Made by a program: the position numbers and the translations under genes
Notes under the pieces: generated by a model
Seen by the model: the letters and a program-made list of their open reading frames with translations, nothing else
The model's database searches: none
Told to the model about the DNA's origin: nothing
Shown: positions 29,999-38,994 of the stretch, piece by piece
Numbering within the stretch: position 1 is the stretch's first letter
Layout: each line of letters starts with the position of its first letter
NCBI GenBank assembly: GCA_964370925.1
Contig: CAYJLH010000004.1
Location: 3,167 to 67,166 of the forward strand
Reading direction: 5' to 3'
From: an uncultured Oscillospiraceae bacterium
Lineage (GTDB): Bacteria; Bacillota; Clostridia; Oscillospirales; Oscillospiraceae
DNA length: 64,000 nucleotides

Positions 29999-30218
29999 TT
30001 AGTCCCTCCTTGAAAACGAATGTTTCTATTATATACCCATTCTCGCAATATTTCAAGTTTTTTAACTAATTTTTATGGACAGCTAAAATCCCCTACGCCA
30101 CAGTAAGCACACAGGCGACCCGATGATACCTCCGAAAATTTGGTTTGAACTAAACTTTCAGAACGGCTCAAAGGGTCGCCCATTTTAATTTTTATTCACT
30201 TTTATGGAGCGCTACAAC

Positions 30219-30440
30219 TCAGCCTCCGGCAACTGGTGGAAATAATGCGACAATGTCGTCAGCTTTCACAGTGTCCTCAGGTTTTGAGTGCATACCATTA
30301 ATAAGACAAATTGCAAGGTCATCAACAGAGATATTAAGTTCTGCCAAAATATCAGAAATTGTATTCATTTTTTCAGGTGACATGAAGATTATTTTATCTC
30401 TGCCCTCTCTGAAAAATGCAAAAAGTCTCACTTCAATCAT
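30219..30440 (-). CDS. MoaD/ThiS-family sulfur-carrier protein
   Basis: 73 aa beta-grasp ending in FPPVAGG, like MoaD (...FPPVTGG). Confidence 0.7.
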   Translation of the reverse strand: MIEVRLFAFFREGRDKIIFMSPEKMNTISDILAELNISVDDLAICLINGMHSKPEDTVKADDIVALFPPVAGG

Positions 30441-30462
30441 AGTTATGCTCCATTCGATTTAC

Positions 30463-32265
30463 TTATTTATATTCGCTAAGTCCCAAACGCTCAAGAGTTG
30501 CCTCTGTTGGGAAAGCAGAATCCCAACCACGTACGTCATAATATTGTGGAAGAGTTACAGGTAGTTCACTAATCATACCCTTAGATGGGCCGTCTGGGAT
30601 AACTTCTTCAAGCAAACGCTTAGGAAGCTTATCGTCCTCGGGTTTCATGCCTGCGTGCTTATTAAATTGGCGCTCAATATTATAAATACGCTCACCAACT
30701 TCAAGCAATTGCTCCGGTGTGTAAGTTGTGCCTGTTGCAGCATTTAAAAGACCTGCATATTGTGGCGCACCCATAGCAAATGATGAGAACAAGCAAAGTC
30801 CCATGCTGTCAATAACAGCAGTTAGGTCTTGGAATATTTTACACCAAGTTGCTTTGCCCTCTGTTGCTGTGCGGTCTAGTTGCTCAGGAAGTCCTAGAAC
30901 CTCTGGGGAAATTAGATATCCACGAACATGGCAACCGCCACGGTTACTTGTTGCATAAGTTATGCCAATTCCTTGAATAGCACGTGGGTCATATGCTGGA
31001 AGCTCTTGCTTCTTAACGCTCATTGAAACTTCTGGATGACCATAATGCTCACAAAGTCTAAAGCTACCGTCAGCCATTAGTTTTGCAAGTGGAATTTTTC
31101 CTTCACCCATGCGCTTTGTCCACTCGATGATAGCTTCTGAACTACCCCAAGCTAGTGGAACACCCTCACATTCCTCTTCCTTGATTGCGCCGATTTGGTA
31201 AAGTTCCATAGCCGCAGCGATAGTACAAGGAGTTGAAATCGCATCGAGTCCGTATTCATTACACCAGTAGTTTGCCTCATTGATAGCAGTAAGGTCACTG
31301 ATATTACAGTTACCGCCGTATGCCCATAGTGGCTCATACTCAGGGCCACCAGTGACTTTTCCGTCGATTTCAATCATACGACCGCAACCCATAGGACAGC
31401 GATGGCAGAAACTTTGCTTTACAAGGTGTTTTTCTCTTAATGTTTCTCCCGATGTCTCGTCAGCCGGTGGGAAATATGCTTCTTGCCAGTTACGAGTTGG
31501 GAAAGCTCCTGTGTTATTGATAATGTTAACCAGAACAGCTGTACCATAAGTTGGTAGACCCTGACCGGTAACACCGTTTTCACGAATTAGTTTCATGCTC
31601 TCAGCTGTTACCGCTTTCAAAGCGTCAGCATCAGCTGGTTTAATAACTGTACGTGATGCACTTACTGTGATAGCCTTAAAATTCTTGCTACCCATAACCG
31701 CACCAACACCACTACGACCTGCCGCACGGTGCTTATCATTCATGATACATGCAAGCAGTGATAGATTTTCACCTGATGGGCCAATGTTCAAAACTGCACA
31801 CTTTGGATAAATTTCTTTCAATTTATCGTCAATGTGTTCGCTCATCATGCCCATATAGGGACTTGCGTCCAAAAGTTCAATCTTATCGTCCTCAATGTTG
31901 AGGTAAACAGGTTTTTCTGATTTTCCCTCGACAATAATTCCGTCATAACCTGCATATTTAAGTTTTGCACCCCAAACACCACCTGAGTTTGATGACGCAA
32001 TCATGCCTGTTAGCGGTGATTTTGTCACAACCATGTATCTACCGGCTGTTGGTGAAGCTGTTCCTGTCATTGGACCTGCTAGGAACACCAATTTGTTTTG
32101 TGGGCTTAGTGGTTCAACAGTTGCGACACCCTCATCCATCAAAATTTTTGTACCCAATCCACGACCGCCAATAAACTTTATAGCATCGTCTAAGTTTAGG
32201 TCTTCAACTTTGATAGCGCCCTCTGTTAGGTTAACACGAATAATTTTTCCGCAATATGATGTTGA
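30463..32265 (-). CDS. aor: aldehyde:ferredoxin oxidoreductase (tungstopterin enzyme family)
   Basis: AOR N and C domains. Start moved to ATG 32265 (MSTSYCGKIIRVNL) with RBS GAGGAGG. Confidence 0.9.
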   Translation of the reverse strand, partial: STSYCGKIIRVNLTEGAIKVEDLNLDDAIKFIGGRGLGTKILMDEGVATVEPLSPQNKLVFLAGPMTGTASPTAGRYMVVTKSPLTGMIASSNSGGVWGAKLKYAGYDGIIVEGKSEKPVYLNIEDDKIELLDASPYMGMMSEHIDDKLKEIYPKCAVLNIGPSGENLSLLACIMNDKHRAAGRSGVGAVMGSKNFKAITVSASRTVIKPADADALKAVTAESMKLIRENGVTGQGLPTYGTAVLVNIINNTGAFPTRNWQEAYFPPADETSGETLREKHLVKQSFCHRCPMGCGRMIEIDGKVTGGPEYEPLWAYGGNCNISDLTAINEANYWCNEYGLDAISTPCTIAAAMELYQIGAIKEEECEGVPLAWGSSEAIIEWTKRMGEGKIPLAKLMADGSFRLCEHYGHPEVSMSVKKQELPAYDPRAIQGIGITYATSNRGGCHVRGYLISPEVLGLPEQLDRTATEGKATWCKIFQDLTAVIDSMGLCLFSSFAMGAPQYAGLLNAATGTTYTPEQLLEVGERIYNIERQFNKHAGMKPEDDKLPKRLLEEVIPDGPSKGMISELPVTLPQYYDVRGWDSAFPTEATLERLGLSEYK

Positions 32266-32325
32266 CATAAAAAAATCCTCCTCATTTTTGAATAATATTT
32301 CGATTTTACGTAAAAATAAGCACGC

Positions 32326-32415
32326 AAAACCAAAATCCTTTCCAAATACGGGAGGCATCACAATTACGGCGGATACCCTTAGGCTTATTTCCATATCAAA
32401 TAAGCTCGGATTTAT
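32326..32415 (-). promoter_or_regulatory. candidate molybdenum/tungsten-cofactor (Moco) riboswitch in the aor 5' leader
   Basis: Minus-strand transcript carries blocks AAAUCCGAGC, the hairpin gcuuauuu-gauaugg-aaauaagc, then UAUCCGCCG, GCCUCCCG and GGAAAGGAUUU. A P1 AAAUCC/GGAUUU closes the element. The blocks resemble my recollection of the Moco RNA motif (CCGAGC, CCGCC, CCUCC, GGAAAGG). Preceded by the promoter at 32422-32450. Confidence 0.4.
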
Positions 32416-32421
32416 AGTACT

Positions 32422-32450
32422 ATATTACCATAATTCAAATCGACTGTCAA
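32422..32450 (-). promoter_or_regulatory. candidate sigma-A promoter for aor (TTGACA, 17-nt spacer, TAATAT)
   Basis: Minus-strand hexamers at 32445-32450 and 32422-32427. Confidence 0.4.
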
Positions 32451-32496
32451 TTATAGTCTGTCAAAAAAGTATAAAAAGGACCATGGGAATGTTTAG

Positions 32497-33411
32497 TTAA
32501 CCTCCCATGGTCATATGATTTACCAAAAATCTCCTGTAAAATTCCTCTCTAATCTGAAAACTACCAATCATTTTAAGTTCCGACCTCGTAATAGGGATAT
32601 TAAACCTATTATCTGCGCCAATTTCTGTCACGCTAAGTCTTATATCTTTGAAAGCAAACAAGTCCTCCGCCAGCGAATAAACACCGTCCATTTCATCGAA
32701 AAATGAAAAAAGTTGCGCCCTTGAATATGCTAGATTTTTGACTTCAAGTTCCTCTTTCGTATCGCTGTTCCAAAAAAGTTCTTCTTTGACCTCAGCATAA
32801 AAAGCAGTAGCCCTTTCTAGCATATCTTCCTCAGTTCGTCTGCGTTTGCACATTTCAGAAATTTCAAGTTTGTACATTTCTTCGATACGTTTTCCGCAAA
32901 TTCCACGCATAGTAAAAGTGCGAATTAGCAAAGCACATGTCCGCTTTTTCCAGTCTGTAAAACTTGGATTATATGTGGCGGCAAATGCAATGATTTTTCC
33001 GCAATCTTCTGCGATATCGCCCTCCGAAATGTGGCTTTCGAAGTCAATTCCGACACAAATTTCGTCTTTTTCACTGAAAATATAGTTGCGTAAATTGTTA
33101 TCAACACGCAGTTTACCAGTCGCTTTGTGGTATTCTAGTAACCACTCCGCGAGTGCTATTGCGTGTTTTTCCTCCATATTTTCCACTAATTCGGAGTATA
33201 AAATTCCGTCGATATGCTTGTAACAGAGCATGTTTTCTGATGTCGAAACCAAGCTTGGAACTGCAACTTTTTTTGACTGTAAAAGGGCAATCATAGCCTT
33301 TTCACGTTCAAAATCCTCTGTATTTTTGAAAAGTTTTTTTACAATTTCCCCATCACCCCTTACAGTATTTCTTTTGGAAATAAAGGTGATTTCAGTGGAA
33401 TTTTCTTGCAT
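32497..33411 (-). CDS. hypothetical protein with protein-kinase/APH-like fold (small-molecule kinase candidate)
   Basis: 304 aa. VDNNLRNYIF...VGIDFE resembles the HxDxxxxN...IDxE catalytic and Mg-binding motifs of aminoglycoside/choline-kinase-fold enzymes. Last gene of the ECF operon. Confidence 0.45.
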   Translation of the reverse strand: MQENSTEITFISKRNTVRGDGEIVKKLFKNTEDFEREKAMIALLQSKKVAVPSLVSTSENMLCYKHIDGILYSELVENMEEKHAIALAEWLLEYHKATGKLRVDNNLRNYIFSEKDEICVGIDFESHISEGDIAEDCGKIIAFAATYNPSFTDWKKRTCALLIRTFTMRGICGKRIEEMYKLEISEMCKRRRTEEDMLERATAFYAEVKEELFWNSDTKEELEVKNLAYSRAQLFSFFDEMDGVYSLAEDLFAFKDIRLSVTEIGADNRFNIPITRSELKMIGSFQIREEFYRRFLVNHMTMGG

Positions 33412-34175
33412 TATTTCAAGCCTCCACGCTTAAAGCTAATCTCAATATCTCCGTCCTCAGTATAGCCGTTTAGCTCTTTAACTACAGACAAAACAGCATT
33501 TTTTAAGAGATTTTCGACAAACGGAACCATTTCAATGTTATGACCATCGACCTTTAGCTCAATACTTGGCTTTTTCAGTACGCAATCCTCGGCTGTCGCC
33601 TGTTTTTTCAAGATTTTACCTGTCAATTCCCTACATGTACAGCCACACGCATCACAACATTTCGGATCCATATTCGGCATAGGTGAAATCGCATGTTGCA
33701 TGACAAATTGAACGAGTTTTTCAGGCTCGTCAAGAGCATGAATTACGGGATAATCACCAAAACTTTTTCTCCCATCATTTGCCAAAACACCCGAAACTCC
33801 GACCACTCTTTCGTCAAGTCTCTCCAAAACTTCTTGCTCAGTGTGAGCCGTCAAAATTCTGGGGACATTGAGGTCCGTAACTCCCTCTAAAATCACATAA
33901 TCATGGTCATAGTGTCGCAAAATATCCTCAATCGGTAGCATGGTTTGGTACAGAACATCTGTCTCAAACATTCCTCTCGCTGTGACTAATTGCGAGCCTG
34001 CATTTTTATGACGGTTAGTATTTGAGTCCTCCACAGGGTCAATTTTAAAAAGTTCGAAGTGTATTTCTTTAACCGAGCCGACAGAAAACCCAAGCTTTCT
34101 AAGTCCGCTGATAATCGTCTCGCACACAGTTGTTTTTCCAGACTTTGTAATGCCATTAACTGCAATAACTTTCAT
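33411..34175 (-). CDS. MobB-like P-loop NTPase with C-terminal Cys-rich domain
   Basis: N-terminal GITKSGKTTV Walker A and the overall pattern of MobB (molybdopterin-guanine dinucleotide biosynthesis protein B). C-terminus has CCDACGCTC. Confidence 0.55.
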   Translation of the reverse strand: MKVIAVNGITKSGKTTVCETIISGLRKLGFSVGSVKEIHFELFKIDPVEDSNTNRHKNAGSQLVTARGMFETDVLYQTMLPIEDILRHYDHDYVILEGVTDLNVPRILTAHTEQEVLERLDERVVGVSGVLANDGRKSFGDYPVIHALDEPEKLVQFVMQHAISPMPNMDPKCCDACGCTCRELTGKILKKQATAEDCVLKKPSIELKVDGHNIEMVPFVENLLKNAVLSVVKELNGYTEDGDIEISFKRGGLK

Positions 34176-34187
34176 AATTTTTCCTCC

Positions 34188-34916
34188 CTATCCATAGTAA
34201 AAAATCATAGTCGTAGCCGAAATTGCGAGCAATAAAACTATGGCGACAACATCAATTCCAACCATTTTTACTTCTATAAAACTCGTGCGTTTTTTCATTG
34301 CACCAAAACCTCTAGCCTCCATTGCCATTGCCAAATCCTGTGATTTTATAACAGCGTCGGCAACAACAGGCGAGAGTAAATATCCGTATAATTTTATCCT
34401 TTTTCCGAAGGGAATTTTTTCAACTTCAATCCCTCTAAGTTGAATTGAAACCATTGCATCTGTAAAACTTTCCATAAAAAATGGAATAAATCTTAGCGTC
34501 AACATAATCATAAATGAAAAAGTATAAGGCACATGCAATTTTGAAAGCGAGGCTATAACCCGCCTGCTGTTTTCACTTTCCATGATTGCCGCTGAGGAAA
34601 TCAATGTAAAAAATCGAAGTCCCATGGTCACACCACGCAAAAATCCGTCGGTGTAAATAATTACGAATTCCCCGTATGAAAGCAGTGGTTCACCCGACCT
34701 TACAAATATAATTTGAATCACGCAAACTCCGATTAATATGTTTATAAAGCGTTTTAATTTGTTAAAAAGGAATTTGTAATTCGCCCCAAAAAGTAGCATT
34801 AACACAAAGGAAAACACGGCAATTCCGAGCAAATACAGCCAATCTTTGAACAAAATCGACATTGATGTCGTTAACAAAATCCCAAGCAGTTTTACCCGTG
34901 GGTCAGCATTTTTCAT
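34188..34916 (-). CDS. ecfT: ECF transporter transmembrane T component (CbiQ/EcfT)
   Basis: 242 aa, 5-6 TM, conserved ARG signature (MEARGF). Confidence 0.85.
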   Translation of the reverse strand: MKNADPRVKLLGILLTTSMSILFKDWLYLLGIAVFSFVLMLLFGANYKFLFNKLKRFINILIGVCVIQIIFVRSGEPLLSYGEFVIIYTDGFLRGVTMGLRFFTLISSAAIMESENSRRVIASLSKLHVPYTFSFMIMLTLRFIPFFMESFTDAMVSIQLRGIEVEKIPFGKRIKLYGYLLSPVVADAVIKSQDLAMAMEARGFGAMKKRTSFIEVKMVGIDVVAIVLLLAISATTMIFYYG

Positions 34917-35574
34917 TTACAATTCCTCCTTTCGACACTTTGACAATGCGTGCCTCAGGAAAGCGAGAAAAAAGCTCCGTATCATGGGAAATCACAGCAA
35001 TTCCAAGTCCTGATTTCACAAGCTCATCCATAATCGTGTATAAGGTTTTGCGGTTTGCCACATCTAAGCCTGTTGTAGGCTCGTCAAGCATGAGATATTT
35101 GATGTCTTGCATAAGAATTGAGGCAAGCGCAAGCCTTTGTTTTTCGCCACGACTGAGACGATATGTGCTTCGTTTTGCCAGATGTTTTAGTGAAAATCTG
35201 TCCAAAAGTTCTATGGCTTTTTTTGCGATTTCATCGGGGTTTTGGTCTAAAACCGAACCTATAAATGTCATCTCATCCCAGACTGTTGCCGTAAAAATCT
35301 GCTTTGACGGCTCTTGAAAAAGGTAGCCTACATATTTTCCCATTTGCCCAAGAGTGAAGTTTGTTGCGTCATTTCCAAAAACCGTATGCCCCATGCCCTC
35401 ACATTTTAAAATCCCTGCACAGAGCTTCAAAAGAGTTGATTTTCCGCTTCCGTTATTCCCCTCAACAAGACAAATTTCGCCTGTTTTCAAGGTGAATTCT
35501 TCGGCAGTAAATCTAAAAGCGTTTCTTGGATACTGAAAGGAAATATTTTTAAGTGTGATTGCATGTTCACTCAT
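34903..35574 (-). CDS. ecfA: ECF transporter ATPase component
   Basis: ABC ATPase with Walker A (GNNGSGKST), signature (LSRGEKQR) and Walker B. Confidence 0.85.
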   Translation of the reverse strand: MSEHAITLKNISFQYPRNAFRFTAEEFTLKTGEICLVEGNNGSGKSTLLKLCAGILKCEGMGHTVFGNDATNFTLGQMGKYVGYLFQEPSKQIFTATVWDEMTFIGSVLDQNPDEIAKKAIELLDRFSLKHLAKRSTYRLSRGEKQRLALASILMQDIKYLMLDEPTTGLDVANRKTLYTIMDELVKSGLGIAVISHDTELFSRFPEARIVKVSKGGIVNEKC

Positions 35575-36263
35575 AAACTCTCTCCTCCGCTCCCCTTTTG
35601 TGCCACAAGTTTTCCATCAATAAATGCATAAATTTTATCAGCAATAAACAGATTTTCCTCGTCGTGTTCGACCATCAAAATTGCTTTCCCACGCTTTTTC
35701 AGCTCGACTATACAATCCATAATCCTTGCTGTTGCCTCCCTGTCGAGCTGGCTTAAAGCCTCGTCGAACAATAGCACCTGTGGGTCTAGCGTTAAAACTG
35801 CCCCCAAGGCAACAAGCTGTTTTTGGCCACCCGAAAGACGTGTAGGACTGTGAAATCTATAGTCCTCCATGCCGACAATTTTTAGAGCTTCATCAATTCT
35901 TTTTGCGATTTCTTCCCTCGGTAAACCTATGTTTTCAGGACCAAAAGCGAGTTCATCCTCAACCGTAGGTGCAAAAAGTTGTGCATCAGGATTTTGGAAA
36001 ACTATGCCGACTTGTCGCACAACTTCATGCAACGGCATTTCGGCTACAGCCTTACCCGAAAGTAGTGCTTCGCCCTTTAATTCGCCCTCTATACTCCTCG
36101 GAATTAGCCCCGCTAATATCAGACAAAGTGTTGATTTTCCGCAACCTGATGGCCCTGTAATCGCAACACATTCACCCGAATTTATAGATAGATTTGCACC
36201 GCTTATAAGTGGATTTTGCCCTAGGTAGGAGAAGAAAATCTCCCTTGCTTCAAGCTGTATCAT
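35571..36263 (-). CDS. ECF transporter ATPase component (second)
   Basis: ABC ATPase (GPSGCGKST, LSGGQKQ). Start set to ATG 36263 with ATGA coupling. Confidence 0.85.
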   Translation of the reverse strand: MIQLEAREIFFSYLGQNPLISGANLSINSGECVAITGPSGCGKSTLCLILAGLIPRSIEGELKGEALLSGKAVAEMPLHEVVRQVGIVFQNPDAQLFAPTVEDELAFGPENIGLPREEIAKRIDEALKIVGMEDYRFHSPTRLSGGQKQLVALGAVLTLDPQVLLFDEALSQLDREATARIMDCIVELKKRGKAILMVEHDEENLFIADKIYAFIDGKLVAQKGSGGESL

Positions 36264-36793
36264 TGTATCACAACTTCCTGTACAAATTTGCACCAACGCT
36301 GTGAAAATTCTGAGCTTTTTATAATCATTAGGTATGGCCCCATGCCACCCTCTGATTTTGGTTTTAACGGTTCATCATCCATCGCAAGGCAGATATAAAC
36401 ATTATCCTCCGTCATGATTTCCTCTTTTGTCAGCGCTGAGGTATAACCGTCAAGTGAGCGCACTTCTATAGTTTCACTCGAAATTTCCATATCCGCAAAT
36501 TCGAAAACATCCTTTAATTCAACGCCCGAAAAACTAACATCAGTCGGGTCTGTATTGCTCGTATCCATAACCGCAGAAACGGGTACAGGGTTAAGTGACA
36601 ACATGTCATCCATAGTGATTTGAACCGTTGTTTCACCTGATTTTAGCTCAAAAACCGCATTCATTTCAAGCTCTTTTTTGTAGCTGACATCGCCGGCATT
36701 TAGCCTTGAAAAAATTGTAATCATAATAACAAGCACTGCAATGATTACAAGCAATATTTTTGCCTGATTATTAACATTTTTCTTGTATTCCAT
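36260..36793 (-). CDS. membrane-anchored extracytoplasmic protein with one sulfite-oxidase-family-like (Oxidored_molyb-like) module
   Basis: N-terminal TM anchor. C-terminal ICLAMDDEPLKPKSEGGMGPYLMIIKSSEFSQRWCKFVQEVVI resembles the LAYEMNGEPLP..HG.PLR.VVPG..G...VKWL..I tail of MsrP/YedY/SUOX Moco domains. Confidence 0.45.
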   Translation of the reverse strand: MEYKKNVNNQAKILLVIIAVLVIMITIFSRLNAGDVSYKKELEMNAVFELKSGETTVQITMDDMLSLNPVPVSAVMDTSNTDPTDVSFSGVELKDVFEFADMEISSETIEVRSLDGYTSALTKEEIMTEDNVYICLAMDDEPLKPKSEGGMGPYLMIIKSSEFSQRWCKFVQEVVIQ

Positions 36794-36805
36794 AGTTTTA
36801 CCCCT

Positions 36806-38287
36806 CTATTTTATCGTGAAAAATGGAATACACATATCTTCGTACTTAAACTCGCCGTGGTCTCCCAATTTTTCACCAATACTTGTGTCATGTTGTCCGT
36901 GGTCAGAAATTATATAAGTAGTCCCCGAAAAAGCGGAAAGCATTTCGTTGACATAGCCCTCGATTTCATCGAGTTTTTTTATTGCTTCGTCTGAATACGT
37001 CCCATAAGTGTGGGAAATATCGTCATAGCCGTGGAAGTGTACAAAGACTAATTCGTGTTCCTCTTCTATCGTTTTCATGGCAGAAGCAAAAACTTCATCG
37101 TCAGTCGAGCCGTCAGCATTTTCATCTGCGTTTAAAATCGGCGAAACACTTGAATTCACAAGTTTTGAATATCCCTCAACCAAAACACCATCGACATTTT
37201 CAAACATGTCAGGCACTAAAAGTTCACGCTCTGAGCGCTCAGTTACGCCGTTTATGTCCGGTGTTTCCCCAGTTATCATCGCCGCAAGTGCCACATTTGA
37301 TATACTGGGCATAACTGTACGCATTTTTTCCACTGTATGCTCTTTCGAAAGTTCTAAGCCGTGCATTTCGTATGCTTTATAGCCCAGCCCGTCGATATGA
37401 ATTACCAAAACATCTCCCTCAGTGTTTTCAACTATGCCTTTCAGGTCTGTTATAGATGCCTCGGGTGCATCTTCCCAAACTCCAACTATGTCATGAATTC
37501 GGGTTTTTCCGTCGGCATCAACGTAGTCGGCAGTGTTTCCTCTCCAGTCGAAATAACCGTCAAGAGATACCATTTGCTCTGACCCATCACCGAAATAAGC
37601 AAGCGCTTCCCCACCATTTGAGTCAATATAGCTCGAAATCGGAACCATAGGTCGGCGAGTATAGGCGCTAACACCAAGTCCGTTTTTTTCTGCATTTCCC
37701 TCGACGACAGACATTATAACACTATCTTCAAGGAACAAATTTCCGTACGAAATTTCATAACCGCTCTCACCCGAAATTGTGCGCAAACACGCCTGTTCAG
37801 GGTGCATAATTTCTGCAACTAGTACAATATAGTCGATGTTTCTGATGCCTGCCTGTGGCGGAAAATTGGGAGCACTTATGGAAAATCCCGCAGTTTCATT
37901 CCAATAAAGCAAAATACTTTCATCAATATCATCTTTTGAGATTTCAGCCATAACACCATCCGGTGAATGAAAAATCACTTTAATTTCACTACCCAAAGGA
38001 ACAGCTTCATTTAGCACATTTATAAGCGGTATTGCCGGAAAATTTTCTCCATCTTTTTCAACTGTTGTGGTTTCATAATCCGAAAAGTCCGTCAGCGTAA
38101 TTTCGGTTTCGACATCGCCTGTTATGGTAATAGGGCTTCGCTCTCCCGACAAAAATGAGATTTCAGTCGGTGCAACTTCTTCTGTTTGTGGTGATATCTG
38201 AGGTGAGTTACTCGCCTGTTCCTGACATCCCGAGAATATAAAAAGCGTCGCAAGCGATAGAACTGTTAAGCTAATTTTCTTTTTCAC
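36806..38287 (-). CDS. lipoprotein: N-terminal SUOX-like module fused to an alkaline-phosphatase-superfamily (nucleotide pyrophosphatase/phosphodiesterase-like) domain
   Basis: Start set to GTG 38287 (RBS GGAGGA, then MKKKISLTVLSLATLFIFSGC lipobox). C-terminal DHG.HD metal-ligand motif (ISDHGQHD) typical of the AlkP/NPP core. Confidence 0.55.
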   Translation of the reverse strand: MKKKISLTVLSLATLFIFSGCQEQASNSPQISPQTEEVAPTEISFLSGERSPITITGDVETEITLTDFSDYETTTVEKDGENFPAIPLINVLNEAVPLGSEIKVIFHSPDGVMAEISKDDIDESILLYWNETAGFSISAPNFPPQAGIRNIDYIVLVAEIMHPEQACLRTISGESGYEISYGNLFLEDSVIMSVVEGNAEKNGLGVSAYTRRPMVPISSYIDSNGGEALAYFGDGSEQMVSLDGYFDWRGNTADYVDADGKTRIHDIVGVWEDAPEASITDLKGIVENTEGDVLVIHIDGLGYKAYEMHGLELSKEHTVEKMRTVMPSISNVALAAMITGETPDINGVTERSERELLVPDMFENVDGVLVEGYSKLVNSSVSPILNADENADGSTDDEVFASAMKTIEEEHELVFVHFHGYDDISHTYGTYSDEAIKKLDEIEGYVNEMLSAFSGTTYIISDHGQHDTSIGEKLGDHGEFKYEDMCIPFFTIK

Positions 38288-38918
38288 TGGTTTCCTCCAA
38301 CTCTTTGGGCATAGGTACTGAAAAACCATTGCCTTTTTGTTTTTCATCTTTTGTGATTTGTCTGCCTTGCAAAATCCCGAGGCGTCTTACGTTAGAGCCG
38401 ATTGAATGTGCAACCAAACCACCCAAACCGCCAGATAGTGCAGATGCAGTTAGTGATAGCATCAATGGAACAAAAGATAGGTTGAAAATCGCAAGATTCA
38501 CCGAAAAGCTACCTGCCATGTTGGCAACAACTCCGCCAAGAAAACAGCAAATCGCACAATCTGCCCTGTGCCTCATAATCAAATATAAAAGGTCAATTGC
38601 AATTCCGGGCATGGTGTAAGTTAGAATACTCGCCGCACCATGAGAGCCAAGCGCGCCTGTTAGTGTAACAACCGCACCTTGTATCAAAGCAACGACAAAA
38701 GCCGTTCCCCATTTTCCTGTAATGCTCTCCCCCAACACAAGGAAAGCCATATAAAAACCGCCTGCAACCACACCGCCGGGTATAAAAAGTGGCCCTGTGA
38801 TGATTTGTGCAAGCGGAACAATAATCGCCTTAATTGCTATGCCCATAGCAGCAACCATGGACATAATGCAGTAATCTGCCAGTGTGAAATATGGTCTTTT
38901 TATTTTCAAGAGTAACAC
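38271..38918 (-). CDS. ECF transporter substrate-specific S component (unassigned family)
   Basis: 215 aa, 6 TM, small hydrophobic core typical of ECF S components. Encoded with ecfAA'T. Confidence 0.65.
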   Translation of the reverse strand: MLLLKIKRPYFTLADYCIMSMVAAMGIAIKAIIVPLAQIITGPLFIPGGVVAGGFYMAFLVLGESITGKWGTAFVVALIQGAVVTLTGALGSHGAASILTYTMPGIAIDLLYLIMRHRADCAICCFLGGVVANMAGSFSVNLAIFNLSFVPLMLSLTASALSGGLGGLVAHSIGSNVRRLGILQGRQITKDEKQKGNGFSVPMPKELEETSEKEN

Positions 38919-38994
38919 TCCTTTTCACTATTAGGGCAGATGCATCTGCACCTACCCTAATAAAATAACTCGTCATCTTGTAGTATTACAAGAA

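Noticed and set aside
38288-38347. Upstream ATG start (38347) for the phosphodiesterase lipoprotein
   Set aside because: It would overlap the S-component gene by 77 bp and put 20 non-signal residues before the lipobox. GTG 38287 with RBS GGAGGA gives a textbook MKKKISL...SGC signal peptide.
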